DNA from: Candidatus Cloacimonadales bacterium
GTDB taxonomy: Bacteria > Cloacimonadota > Cloacimonadia > Cloacimonadales > JAIOQZ01
Assembly: GCA_963674825.1 (NCBI GenBank)
Contig: OY771587.1
Location: forward strand, 2,048,001-2,112,000
Direction: 5' to 3'
Length of the DNA stretch: 64,000 nucleotides
Shown: positions 27,864-37,616 of the stretch, one piece after another
Layout: every line of letters starts with the position of its first letter
Numbering within the stretch: the stretch's first letter is position 1
Notes under the pieces: generated by a model
Told to the model about the DNA's origin: nothing
The model's input: the letters and a program-made list of their open reading frames with translations, nothing else
Databases searched by the model: none
Made by a program: the position numbers and the translations under genes

Positions 27864-30800
27864 ATGAAAAAAGCACTGATTGTTTTCATCGTAATGTTTC
27901 TTGTGAGCACAGTCCTTATGGCAGCTCCCAAGGAATCAAATCTCGATGTTCAACGGGTAAGTCTGTTCGAGAAAGAAATCATTCATACGCCGCGTCATAC
28001 GACTTCGCGCAATGTTACGATTCTCTCGGAAGACTTTTCTGGTGGAACACTTCCAGCCGGATGGCAGAATGTCGATAATGGCACTAGTGGCCAGATCTGG
28101 GAATTCGATAATCCCGGTAATCGCAGCATTTACACAACAACCGCTTCCAATGGTTTTGTTATTCTGGATAGCGATCATTACGGTTCCGGCTCAAGCCAGA
28201 ATGCCGATCTGATCACCCCTGAAATCGATACTACGATTTATCCTCAGGATGAGACAGAAGCGATCATGCTCGAGTTCGAACACTACTTCCGCCAGTACTC
28301 AACCAGTGCTGGTACCGTATCGATCAGTACCGATCGCGGCACCACCTGGACAGTCCTTGAGACCTGGACAGGAACCAGTACAACAAACGCGATTACGTCA
28401 TCATATGATCTTACATCATATCTTACGACTCGCGGTACCTTCATGCTGAAATGGAACTATGTCGGTTCATATGCCTATTACTGGGCTGTTGACGATATCA
28501 AAGTTTACGTACAGCAATCTGCTGCTCCCCCAAGCCCCGCGACTGTTGTCCAGCCGGCCGATGCATCGACCGACGCTGATATCAACACTTCGTTGATCTG
28601 GGCAGATGGTGGTGGCGACCCCGAAGCGTACTACCTTTATTTTGGTACGGACAATCCTCCTACCAACATTGTGAACGGTACCGATATGTACCCGGAAACC
28701 AGCTACATTCCAGCAAGGCTCGACCTCAACCAAACCTACTACTGGCAGGTTGTTCCGAGCAACGCTTATGGCAATGCTGCTGGATGCCCGGTATGGTCGT
28801 TCACGACCTATTCACCGCTTCCGATGCCTTACAGTGAGGGCTTCGAGGCTGGCGCACCTTATACTTATATTTTAAACAATAACGGTGACGACCAAAACTG
28901 GATGCTCTACTCAGGACTTCCACACGATGGAACCTATGCGATGGGTATCAACACCAATACTACGTCTGATGCCGATGACTGGGCGTTCTCACCCGCTCTG
29001 GACTTTACGTCCGGCAGCCTCTATCAGCTTGCATGCTACTATGTAGCGATCGATGGTGACCAGGAGCTGGAAGTATGGTGGGGAACTGAGCAGGATCCCT
29101 CCAATATGACGAACGAGCTGTTCAACGGCACGCTCCCAGCTGACCCTGAATATGCCTATTCAGCTGCAGTCATGGATTTTATGCCGATTGGAGCAGGCCC
29201 ATTCTATATTGGTCTTCACTGCACATCCACGGCTACAGATGGAACCAACACATATCTCTTCATCGACGATATTCTGGTTCAGCAAGTTACAAGCGCTCCG
29301 GATTGCCCGGTACTCGATTCCCCAATCAGTGGTGTAACCGGTGTATCGCTGACTCCTACACTTGAGTGGACTCATGCAAACGGCGCACCGTTGGGATATT
29401 TCCTGTATGTCGGAACAGATAATCCGCCCACGAACTTAATTAACGGTGCAACACTTGGCTTCGTGGATTCCTATACTATCAGCTCAGCTCTTGACGTGGA
29501 ACAAACCTACTACTGGTATGTCCTGGGATATAACAGCATGGGTTATTCAACCGGTTGCACTGTCGAAAGCTTTGTTACCATACCCGACCCGACAATCTAT
29601 GATTTCCCCTACACTGAAGGCTTCGAAAATGGCGGATCTATTCCGGATGGCTGGTCACAGGAATATGTGAATGGATCAAATGACTGGGCATTCCAGGCTG
29701 GCGGCCAGAGTGGTCATCCAGCTGGTGCACACGATGGGGATTACAACGCATTCTTCTATTATGGAAGTGGCTCGACGAACTACTCGACCAAGCTTGTAAC
29801 GCCTCCTTTGGACTTATCTGGACTCTCCAATCCGATCCTTTCGTTCTACCACACTCAGGCTGACTGGAGTGGCGATCAGGATATTTTGACGGTTTACTAC
29901 AAGACGACCGAAGCCGGCGCATGGACTCAGCTTGTTCAGTTTACAGACAGCATTACTGACTGGACACTTGCTGATAATATCGGCCTTCCGAATACAACAT
30001 CTACATATTATATTGCATTCGAAGGACTTCAGGATTACGGCTATGGCGTATGCCTTGACGATATTTCGATCATCGATGTGCTGACCGGTCCTGACCCAAC
30101 AACACTGGTAAGTCCTACCGATGCTGAAACCGGTGTCTCTGCGGCGACAAACTTGACCTGGAACGCTTCTCCCGGCGCTACCGGCTACAAGCTCAGCCTG
30201 TGGTATATGTCTGGTACTCGCGCAGTTCCTACCTTTGTCTGCGAGGATGCTGACCTCGGTAACGTCCTTACATACGATCCCAGCGACGATGGTGTAAACT
30301 ACCTCGAATACAATCAGACCTATTCATGGCAGGTTACTCCATATAATAACAACGGCGAAGCGACCGGCGTGCCGACCTGGACCTTTACCGTGGAGAACGA
30401 TCCCAGCGTTACAACACTTCCGTGGATGGAAGGATTTGAAAACGGTGGCTTGATTCCCAATGGCTGGAGCCAGGAATATGTGACCGGAACAACAAACTGG
30501 ACCTACCAGAACGGTAGCTCCGGATATCCGGCAAATGCGTACGAAGGAAGCTATAATGCTCGTTTCTACAGCACTTCTGACGTAACGACCATGCTGGTTA
30601 CTCCCATGATTGATTTCACGGGATACACCATGGCTCATCTGACATTCTACCACACACAACCGCTGTGGTCACCCGATCAGGACGAACTGACAGTGTACTA
30701 TAAGGATTCTGCCGGCGGTTCATGGGTAGAACTTGTACACTACACGGAAAGTATCACGACTTGGAGAAAAGAATCTCTCGATCTTCCGAACCTCAGCTCG

Positions 30801-31994
30801 ACCTACTGGCTCGCGTTTGAAGGATATGCGACATATGGACGCGGTATCTGCCTCGATAACATTACAGTTGCAGAATCACCCGCAGTTCCGGAAGAAACCT
30901 TCATCACCGAAGTCAGCGACAATGCTACTGGTCAGGATGCTTCCACTGGTTTCATCGAAATCACCATCCAGACAAACTACACAGTCGATATCGGTGGCTG
31001 GCAGGTCCGTGTCGGTAACGATGATGGATTCGGTAACTTCACACCGACCGGCTACGCGTATACCATTCCCGCAAACACAACGATTGATCCGGATGGTTGC
31101 CTCATCATCGGTGGCGGCGCATCCTATGCGGCCTTCATAGCTGCCTGGGGTATCACGGATCCGATCAACTACATTTCTGGCGACACGCAGCTCGGACTGA
31201 CTTCCGGCTTTGCATACGACCTCTATAACCCGGCAACTCGCGCAGGTTCGGTCGATAGCACGCCAGATGTTGCCGTTGGTGAACATGTGGTTCAGGAAGT
31301 CAACGATTCATGGGCATCTGGTCCTGCTGACAATGCGACTCCTGGTGCGCTCGATCCGGGCCAGACCCTGCCTGTTACCTTCGCCGCATTCTTCGCACAG
31401 CCTTATCAGAGCAAGAACGTCATGCTGACCTGGACGACTGAATCTGAAAGCGATATGCAGGGTTATCACGTATATCGTTCCGAGACATCCGATCTCGACA
31501 GCGCAGTTCGTCTTACGAGCAATATCATCGTGGCGCACAACAGCTCATCCGAATCGAACTACGAGTTCGAAGATAGCGATATCGAATATGATATCACTTA
31601 TTACTACTGGATAGAAAGCTACGAAAACAGCGGATACACGACCTTCCACGGACCGGCCTACACGATCGTTGAAGAAGGTTCTGTCACACCTCCGGCTGTT
31701 TACGATGTAACTGCTCTGAGTGGTAACTTCCCGAACCCGTTCAACCCCGAAACTGAAATTCACTTCAGCATTAAGGGTACCGAAGGCGAAATGGTCGATG
31801 CATCCCTGGTGATCTACAATATCAAGGGACAGCGCGTGAAGGAACTCTTCAGCCAGCATCAGGCAACAGAACGCGATAAGGTTGTCTGGCACGGAACCGA
31901 CGATAGCGGTAAGCCGGTAGCCAGCGGTGTTTACTTCTACAGACTGAAAACTGCGGACTATTCTGAAATCCGCAAAATGATGCTTCTGAAGTAA
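27864..31994 (+). CDS. Multidomain surface protein (cleaved-adhesin/MAM-like and FN3-like repeats, lamin-tail-like domain) with T9SS-type-A/FlgD-Ig CTD
   Basis: Signal peptide; repeated GTDNPPTN and EGFENGG.IP.GWSQEYV; LPVTF; NFPNPFNPET...SGVYFYRL...KMMLLK. Confidence 0.85.
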   Translation: MKKALIVFIVMFLVSTVLMAAPKESNLDVQRVSLFEKEIIHTPRHTTSRNVTILSEDFSGGTLPAGWQNVDNGTSGQIWEFDNPGNRSIYTTTASNGFVILDSDHYGSGSSQNADLITPEIDTTIYPQDETEAIMLEFEHYFRQYSTSAGTVSISTDRGTTWTVLETWTGTSTTNAITSSYDLTSYLTTRGTFMLKWNYVGSYAYYWAVDDIKVYVQQSAAPPSPATVVQPADASTDADINTSLIWADGGGDPEAYYLYFGTDNPPTNIVNGTDMYPETSYIPARLDLNQTYYWQVVPSNAYGNAAGCPVWSFTTYSPLPMPYSEGFEAGAPYTYILNNNGDDQNWMLYSGLPHDGTYAMGINTNTTSDADDWAFSPALDFTSGSLYQLACYYVAIDGDQELEVWWGTEQDPSNMTNELFNGTLPADPEYAYSAAVMDFMPIGAGPFYIGLHCTSTATDGTNTYLFIDDILVQQVTSAPDCPVLDSPISGVTGVSLTPTLEWTHANGAPLGYFLYVGTDNPPTNLINGATLGFVDSYTISSALDVEQTYYWYVLGYNSMGYSTGCTVESFVTIPDPTIYDFPYTEGFENGGSIPDGWSQEYVNGSNDWAFQAGGQSGHPAGAHDGDYNAFFYYGSGSTNYSTKLVTPPLDLSGLSNPILSFYHTQADWSGDQDILTVYYKTTEAGAWTQLVQFTDSITDWTLADNIGLPNTTSTYYIAFEGLQDYGYGVCLDDISIIDVLTGPDPTTLVSPTDAETGVSAATNLTWNASPGATGYKLSLWYMSGTRAVPTFVCEDADLGNVLTYDPSDDGVNYLEYNQTYSWQVTPYNNNGEATGVPTWTFTVENDPSVTTLPWMEGFENGGLIPNGWSQEYVTGTTNWTYQNGSSGYPANAYEGSYNARFYSTSDVTTMLVTPMIDFTGYTMAHLTFYHTQPLWSPDQDELTVYYKDSAGGSWVELVHYTESITTWRKESLDLPNLSSTYWLAFEGYATYGRGICLDNITVAESPAVPEETFITEVSDNATGQDASTGFIEITIQTNYTVDIGGWQVRVGNDDGFGNFTPTGYAYTIPANTTIDPDGCLIIGGGASYAAFIAAWGITDPINYISGDTQLGLTSGFAYDLYNPATRAGSVDSTPDVAVGEHVVQEVNDSWASGPADNATPGALDPGQTLPVTFAAFFAQPYQSKNVMLTWTTESESDMQGYHVYRSETSDLDSAVRLTSNIIVAHNSSSESNYEFEDSDIEYDITYYYWIESYENSGYTTFHGPAYTIVEEGSVTPPAVYDVTALSGNFPNPFNPETEIHFSIKGTEGEMVDASLVIYNIKGQRVKELFSQHQATERDKVVWHGTDDSGKPVASGVYFYRLKTADYSEIRKMMLLK

Positions 31995-32011
31995 TCAAGC
32001 CTGAAAATATC

Positions 32012-32041
32012 AAGGGAGCGAGCTAACTCGCTCCCTTTTTT
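32012..32041 (+). terminator. Rho-independent terminator
   Basis: AAGGGAGCGAG-CTAA-CTCGCTCCCTT plus T run. Confidence 0.9.
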
Positions 32042-32147
32042 GTTTTTGCATGCCGGGATAATGTGAATGGGGAAACATTATTTTGAAAAAAATGTGTGAA
32101 ACCAAAAAAAAATTTGACAAACTAAATGTCATATGATCAAATTCTGT

Positions 32148-32286
32148 CTGTTATAGAAGGTGAAACCATCCTGGCAAGGTGGATTTACATCAGATGAGCC
32201 TCAAATCCTGCAACATAAAAGGGGAGAATATAGTATCTTGTTATTCGATTTACCGTTTTATATCAGGCTGACGGCATATCAGCAAC
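32148..32286 (+). ncRNA. Candidate cis-regulatory RNA (c-di-GMP-I/GEMM-like architecture)
   Basis: Two nested hairpins in the 5' leader of gene 32408: GGTG-AAA-CCATCCT-GGCA-AGGTGG..CATC, then GATGAGCCTCA..CCTG...CAGGCTGACGGCATATC. Confidence 0.4.
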
Positions 32287-32407
32287 AAAATTCATTACCA
32301 TTCATGGGGATATTTCATGGGAACCATTCATAATTTCTGCGCGCTTATGGGGTTCTTTCATGATCAATATATCTATTTCACGCAAAGGCATACGTAAGGA
32401 GGAAAAC

Positions 32408-35400
32408 ATGAAAAAAACAGTTGTCTTGATTGCGTTTCTATTCGTGATGTCTGTGGCGCTTGTCGCGGTACAGGCCAGTACTACAACGTCGTACGATCCA
32501 ACCAAACGGATCGAAAACCCGTCACCTTCATTGCTCTTTGAAATGAAACAAAGAGCAACAGATGGTGAGGCTACTGCTCAGGAAATGGCAATGCTGAACA
32601 AAGCTCAGCAGAATTTTGTCGTCGCTCCGGCAATCGGAACACGCGATGATGCAACCGTCTATCCGCAAGGTGTTGCGAATTGGACAGGAACCACAACCAG
32701 TTCTGCAATAACCGACAACAATGAAGTTCGCGGTTATAACACAGAAGACGGCTGGTTCATGTTCGACGTCTCTGGCATCCCAGCAGGATCGATCATTTCG
32801 AACATCCAGTTCAATGGTTATGTCAATGCGACCTATTATCCCTACTGGTCCATGACTCCGCTCACAAGCGATCCGCTTACCGCTGATGCAGCTACTCTTT
32901 CAGCTGACATCGTTGCCGAGCAATCATCAGGTTACTACCTGTACCAGAACGAGTCCAGCAGCTATGCAACCGGCTGGAAACAACTCAACCTTGGCGGTAC
33001 TGCGGTTACAGATTGCCAGAATGCGCTTACCCAGGGCTGGTTTGCTATGGGTATGGCAAGCCGTGACAACAGTACGTCCTGGTATATCAACTGGTATGGC
33101 TGGAACGATGCGGGATACGAGCCTTATCTCGTGATCTCCTACCTGCCGCCTGTATCCGAAGCCTCCCTGATGAGTGGAACAGTCTCTCCGGAAAATGGCA
33201 TGGGCGACACCGAATTTACCTATGAAGTGTTGTACGCAAATCCGACTGGTAACGCACCTACTCAGTATGATGTCGTTATCGATGGATCTTCTTATGCCAT
33301 GACACCGCCGGCTGGAACTCCCGACTATACCGCATGGCAGACATTCACTTACACTACCACCCTCTCCGGTGGAAGCCACGAATACTACTTTGACTTCGTA
33401 GCGGAAGGCTCAGGTTTAGTTCTTCCTGAAACAGCGCCTACAACACCGTTCTATGGTCCTACCGTATTTGTTCCCCTTTCGGGAACTTATGTGATCGACG
33501 CGGCTGGTGGCGGTGATTTCACAACCTTTCAGGAATGTTTCGACGTTCTTGTAATGGTTGGAACCGATGGCGCTCCTGTCAACATCGAAGTAGCGGCTGG
33601 TACATACGAAGAAACAGCGGTTCTTGTTGGTCCGTTGGTCGGTCCAGATGCATCGAACATGGTTCACTTCTATCCGCAGGGCGGCGAAGTAATCGTCGAT
33701 GGTTCAACTGGTCTCGATGTTGCACCTTTGTACTTGCAGTCTGCTAATTACTTGTGGATTGATGGATTCACACTTACAGGTGGTTCAAATGCTGGTATCC
33801 GCTCCGAATATACTGATGGAGTATGGATTTCCAACTGTAACGCCAACTACAATGGCTGGATGGGTATCTGTACAATCGGTTGTACAAACACCTTGATCTG
33901 GAACAACATGTCCAGCAACAACCTCGTACAGCAGATCCGTATCGATGGCGGTGGCGTTGGCTCGGGTAACGTTCTCTGGAACAACTCGACCTATCCGCTT
34001 TACTCTAACGGTTATGATGGAACCTACTGTATGCTCATCAGCGATGATGAAGTATCAGTTGTAAATAATATCTTCCACCTCAACCATAATGCTGGTGGCG
34101 GATACTGTGTTTACATCGGCGTCATGGATCTGACAACTCATCCTAATACATTCTCCGATCACAACGACTTCTATGTCGAGAACGGACTTGGTCTCATCTA
34201 TCTTGCGGATTCAGATGTAGTCTATACTGATCTGGCTGCATGGCAGACTGCTTCCGGACTGGATGGCAACTCTGTCGTAGGCGATCCTCTGTTTAATGAT
34301 CCTGACAATACTGACCTGCATATCGCTGGTATCGGTTCCGAATACTCTGCAGCTTACCAGACCGGTACTAACACCGGTGCATGGTTCATGGATGACTTTG
34401 ATGGCGATACCCGTGTAACCCCGTGGGATATGGGTGCCGACATGATCGTTCCTCCGACGACTCCGGTCTTCGAAGATGGCGACATCAACTTCAAAACCGG
34501 TCACCAGTACACGGCATATGAATGGTCCGTGCACTATTTCCACCCGGCCGGTACAGCTCCGACCTCGATTCAGCTCGTGCGTGATGGCAACCCATTCGGC
34601 GCTGTCAACATGACTCTTCAAGATGGCGTTGCTGGCAACGGTATCTATTCCTATAGCTCCACGATGGCTGTCGGTACTCATACGTACTACTTTACAGCCA
34701 ACACTGATCAGGGACCCATCAGATTCCCCGAAACTGGTTCGGAAACCGGTCCTATCGTAACTTCCGAAACACCGGAAGCATTCCCATATATTGAAAGCTG
34801 GGATGGACTGACTGAACTTCCGGCAACTTGGACAACCCAGGGACTTGGTGAAGATAACTGGTTCCTTAATGCTTCAAACAGTGCCGGTGGCGAAACCCCC
34901 GAACTCTACTTCTACTACGATCCGTCATTCGATGGCATGAGCCGTCTCGTTTCTCCGATGATCGACACATCTGGTCAAACCCAGCTTGAGCTGCTGATCC
35001 AGCAGTATGTTGCCGATTTTTCAAGCGGCTACGATATTGGTGTTGCTACAACATCAAATGGTGGGTATACATGGAACACCGCATGGTCGATGGTTGGTGC
35101 TTTTATTGATCCGTCAGAACTCGATATTACCATCAGCACACCTGATGTAGGTTCCGATCACCTTCAGTTCTGCTTCTTCTTCGATGGCCCATCTTACAAC
35201 ATTGATTGGTGGATCATTGACGATCTCAGACTGATTCCCTGGACTCCGTATGATGTCGAGTTCATAACTGCTGATCAGACTGGCGCAGAATCTGCAGGTA
35301 ACGATCTGATGTATGCTGTTGAAATTCAGAATACAGGTATTTCTGCTGATACATTCGATTTGACTGTTGAAGGTAATACATGGACAACGACATTCTGGAA

Positions 35401-36811
35401 CACTCCAGATGGAACTCGTAGAAGCCAGATTACCGATACCGGTTTAATCGACGCAGGCGCAACGGCAACCATCTATGTGAAGGTTCATGTGGACGAACTT
35501 GCTTCAAACTACACGACAGATACAGCTGCAATTATCGCTACTTCTCAGAGCGACAGCTATAAAACTGATTTCATGCTTATTTCAACCGATTGTGTACCTT
35601 CCTATGAATTCGGAGCGACAATCGATTTTACCGCATTGTCCGGCTACGTTGGCAATACTGTAACCTATACAGTGACCATTGAAAACACTGGCTCGATCGA
35701 TGATACCTATACACTCAGCGTGGCCAACAACAACTGGACAACAAGCTGGGTTGATGGCGCATCAATCGCTATCGTCGCTGGTGACGCAGATACAGCGGAA
35801 ATCGAAGTTATCGTTGAAGGCGCTGGTGGCGAAACTGATGTACCGACACTCACGGTCACATCTGATGGCGATCCTACCATGTATGCCGAATTTATAGTAA
35901 CAACAACTGCTATCGGTACCGAAGGTGAAGGTCTGAACTTCTACTACACCTGGATGAGCAGCATGAACCCTGCTGGACCAGAATATGACTGGTACGAACC
36001 CGTAACCCGTGAATCGATCACGCTTCCTAGCGATGATGGTAAAGTTGGTCCTATCACAATCGGTTTCGACTTCCCGTATTATGGTCAGACGAAGACCGAA
36101 TACTATGTTGAAGGTAATGGCGGTATCAGCTTCCAAAACTACTCGCTGTCCTTCACCAATACCACAATGCCGAATACATCGACTCCGAATGATCTGATCG
36201 CGCTGTTCTGGGATGACCTGAACTCTGCGGAAGTTCCTGTTGACGGTACACCGGCGATTTTCGTGGAAGATGCGGTTATCGATGAGATGAACGCTCATGT
36301 GATCACATACGATCATTATGGCGAATATGACTCAAATGACAACGGATATTATCTGACAGCTCAGCTGATCCTGTTCGAAAACGGTAACATCAAAATGCAG
36401 TACAAGTACTTCTATCCTGGTTTCGATATGACCGGCGCAACCATCGGTATCGAAAACAGTACCGGTACAGATGCCGTACTGTATGAATTCGACGCGGATT
36501 ACATCCAGCAGGATGAATTTGCGATCATGTACTACTACACACCGCTGAATCTTACCAACAGTCAGGACGGTGTTAACTTGATGCTCGACTGGGATGAAGT
36601 GCAGGGCGCTGAATACTACAAAGTATACAGCAGCACAGATCCTTATGCGACATTCCCGGATAACTGGACTCTGGAAACAGAAACTGCTACGACAGAATAC
36701 ACCGAAGCTCTTACAACCGGTAAGTTCTTCATCGTATCGTTTGGCAACAGTGTCGTTCTCCGCGCGCAATCTAATCCTGAAGTTCGCCAAGAAGTGAAGG
36801 AAACGAAATAG
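32408..36811 (+). CDS. Large secreted multidomain protein (beta-helix, Ig/CARDB-like repeats, nidogen-like domain, FN3-like C-terminal domain; no PNPFN CTD)
   Basis: AGGAGG RBS; signal peptide; NosD-like repeats; I.NTG..DT..L.V repeats; IGFDFPYYG..LFWDDL; LDWDEVQGAEYYKVYSSTDPY. Confidence 0.8.
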   Translation: MKKTVVLIAFLFVMSVALVAVQASTTTSYDPTKRIENPSPSLLFEMKQRATDGEATAQEMAMLNKAQQNFVVAPAIGTRDDATVYPQGVANWTGTTTSSAITDNNEVRGYNTEDGWFMFDVSGIPAGSIISNIQFNGYVNATYYPYWSMTPLTSDPLTADAATLSADIVAEQSSGYYLYQNESSSYATGWKQLNLGGTAVTDCQNALTQGWFAMGMASRDNSTSWYINWYGWNDAGYEPYLVISYLPPVSEASLMSGTVSPENGMGDTEFTYEVLYANPTGNAPTQYDVVIDGSSYAMTPPAGTPDYTAWQTFTYTTTLSGGSHEYYFDFVAEGSGLVLPETAPTTPFYGPTVFVPLSGTYVIDAAGGGDFTTFQECFDVLVMVGTDGAPVNIEVAAGTYEETAVLVGPLVGPDASNMVHFYPQGGEVIVDGSTGLDVAPLYLQSANYLWIDGFTLTGGSNAGIRSEYTDGVWISNCNANYNGWMGICTIGCTNTLIWNNMSSNNLVQQIRIDGGGVGSGNVLWNNSTYPLYSNGYDGTYCMLISDDEVSVVNNIFHLNHNAGGGYCVYIGVMDLTTHPNTFSDHNDFYVENGLGLIYLADSDVVYTDLAAWQTASGLDGNSVVGDPLFNDPDNTDLHIAGIGSEYSAAYQTGTNTGAWFMDDFDGDTRVTPWDMGADMIVPPTTPVFEDGDINFKTGHQYTAYEWSVHYFHPAGTAPTSIQLVRDGNPFGAVNMTLQDGVAGNGIYSYSSTMAVGTHTYYFTANTDQGPIRFPETGSETGPIVTSETPEAFPYIESWDGLTELPATWTTQGLGEDNWFLNASNSAGGETPELYFYYDPSFDGMSRLVSPMIDTSGQTQLELLIQQYVADFSSGYDIGVATTSNGGYTWNTAWSMVGAFIDPSELDITISTPDVGSDHLQFCFFFDGPSYNIDWWIIDDLRLIPWTPYDVEFITADQTGAESAGNDLMYAVEIQNTGISADTFDLTVEGNTWTTTFWNTPDGTRRSQITDTGLIDAGATATIYVKVHVDELASNYTTDTAAIIATSQSDSYKTDFMLISTDCVPSYEFGATIDFTALSGYVGNTVTYTVTIENTGSIDDTYTLSVANNNWTTSWVDGASIAIVAGDADTAEIEVIVEGAGGETDVPTLTVTSDGDPTMYAEFIVTTTAIGTEGEGLNFYYTWMSSMNPAGPEYDWYEPVTRESITLPSDDGKVGPITIGFDFPYYGQTKTEYYVEGNGGISFQNYSLSFTNTTMPNTSTPNDLIALFWDDLNSAEVPVDGTPAIFVEDAVIDEMNAHVITYDHYGEYDSNDNGYYLTAQLILFENGNIKMQYKYFYPGFDMTGATIGIENSTGTDAVLYEFDADYIQQDEFAIMYYYTPLNLTNSQDGVNLMLDWDEVQGAEYYKVYSSTDPYATFPDNWTLETETATTEYTEALTTGKFFIVSFGNSVVLRAQSNPEVRQEVKETK

Positions 36812-36820
36812 GTCGATTTA

Positions 36821-36851
36821 TGCGGTCGACCGAAAAAAACGGTCGACCGCA
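36821..36851. repeat. Perfect hairpin with self-palindromic arms
   Basis: TGCGGTCGACCG-A7-CGGTCGACCGCA. Confidence 0.75.
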
Positions 36852-36950
36852 AAATAAAAAGATTGACAAGCTTGTTATATGAACAAGAATAATGACGGCA
36901 ATAAATGGGGAAATTAATACTGACAAAATAAAACCTGTAAGGGGGAACGA

Positions 36951-37613
36951 ATGAAAAGAGTTATCTTACCGTTACTTGTACTTTTCGGACTCTCAATGCT
37001 TTTCGCATTGGAATCAGATCCCAGTGATGTCGTAGGGTACATTCAGTACACCATCGACGCTAACAACTATGGTATGGTCGCACTGCCGTTTGGCTCAGGT
37101 CTTACCATGGCAAGCGAACTTGCCGCTGAAATCAGCCCCAACATCACAACCGTGGTTGCTTGGAGCGGTGGTACCTGGCAGCAGCACGCTGTTGGTTATC
37201 CTGGTACTGATTTCGCTGTCGCTGACGACAATTCTTACCTTGTCGCGAATGGTGATTCTAACCCGGTCGTATGGTATGCTGAAGGTACCGTGGGAACTCC
37301 CGCTGCTTTCGATATCGTCGGTGCAGACTACACCCAGATCATGCTTCCGCTTGATTGTAGCGACCTCACACTGGCAAGCGAACTGGCTTCCGATATCGGC
37401 ACAGATGTAACGACTATCGTTACTTGGAGTGCTGGTACTTGGGCACAGCACGCTGTTGGCTATCCTGGTACTGATTTCGCAGTCGAAATTGGTGGTGGTT
37501 ACCTTGTTTACTCAAACACCGCTTATACTGGCTGGAATGGTTCTGTCCGTAATGCAGTCCGCGTCCAGACTCCTGTAAACAGTAATGTAGCAAAGAAAGA
37601 AATAAAGGAGTAA
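36951..37613 (+). CDS. Secreted protein with an internal duplication
   Basis: Signal peptide; ASELA..I...TT.V.WS.GTW.QHAVGYPGTDFAV occurs twice. Confidence 0.8.
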   Translation: MKRVILPLLVLFGLSMLFALESDPSDVVGYIQYTIDANNYGMVALPFGSGLTMASELAAEISPNITTVVAWSGGTWQQHAVGYPGTDFAVADDNSYLVANGDSNPVVWYAEGTVGTPAAFDIVGADYTQIMLPLDCSDLTLASELASDIGTDVTTIVTWSAGTWAQHAVGYPGTDFAVEIGGGYLVYSNTAYTGWNGSVRNAVRVQTPVNSNVAKKEIKE

Positions 37614-37616
37614 GAC

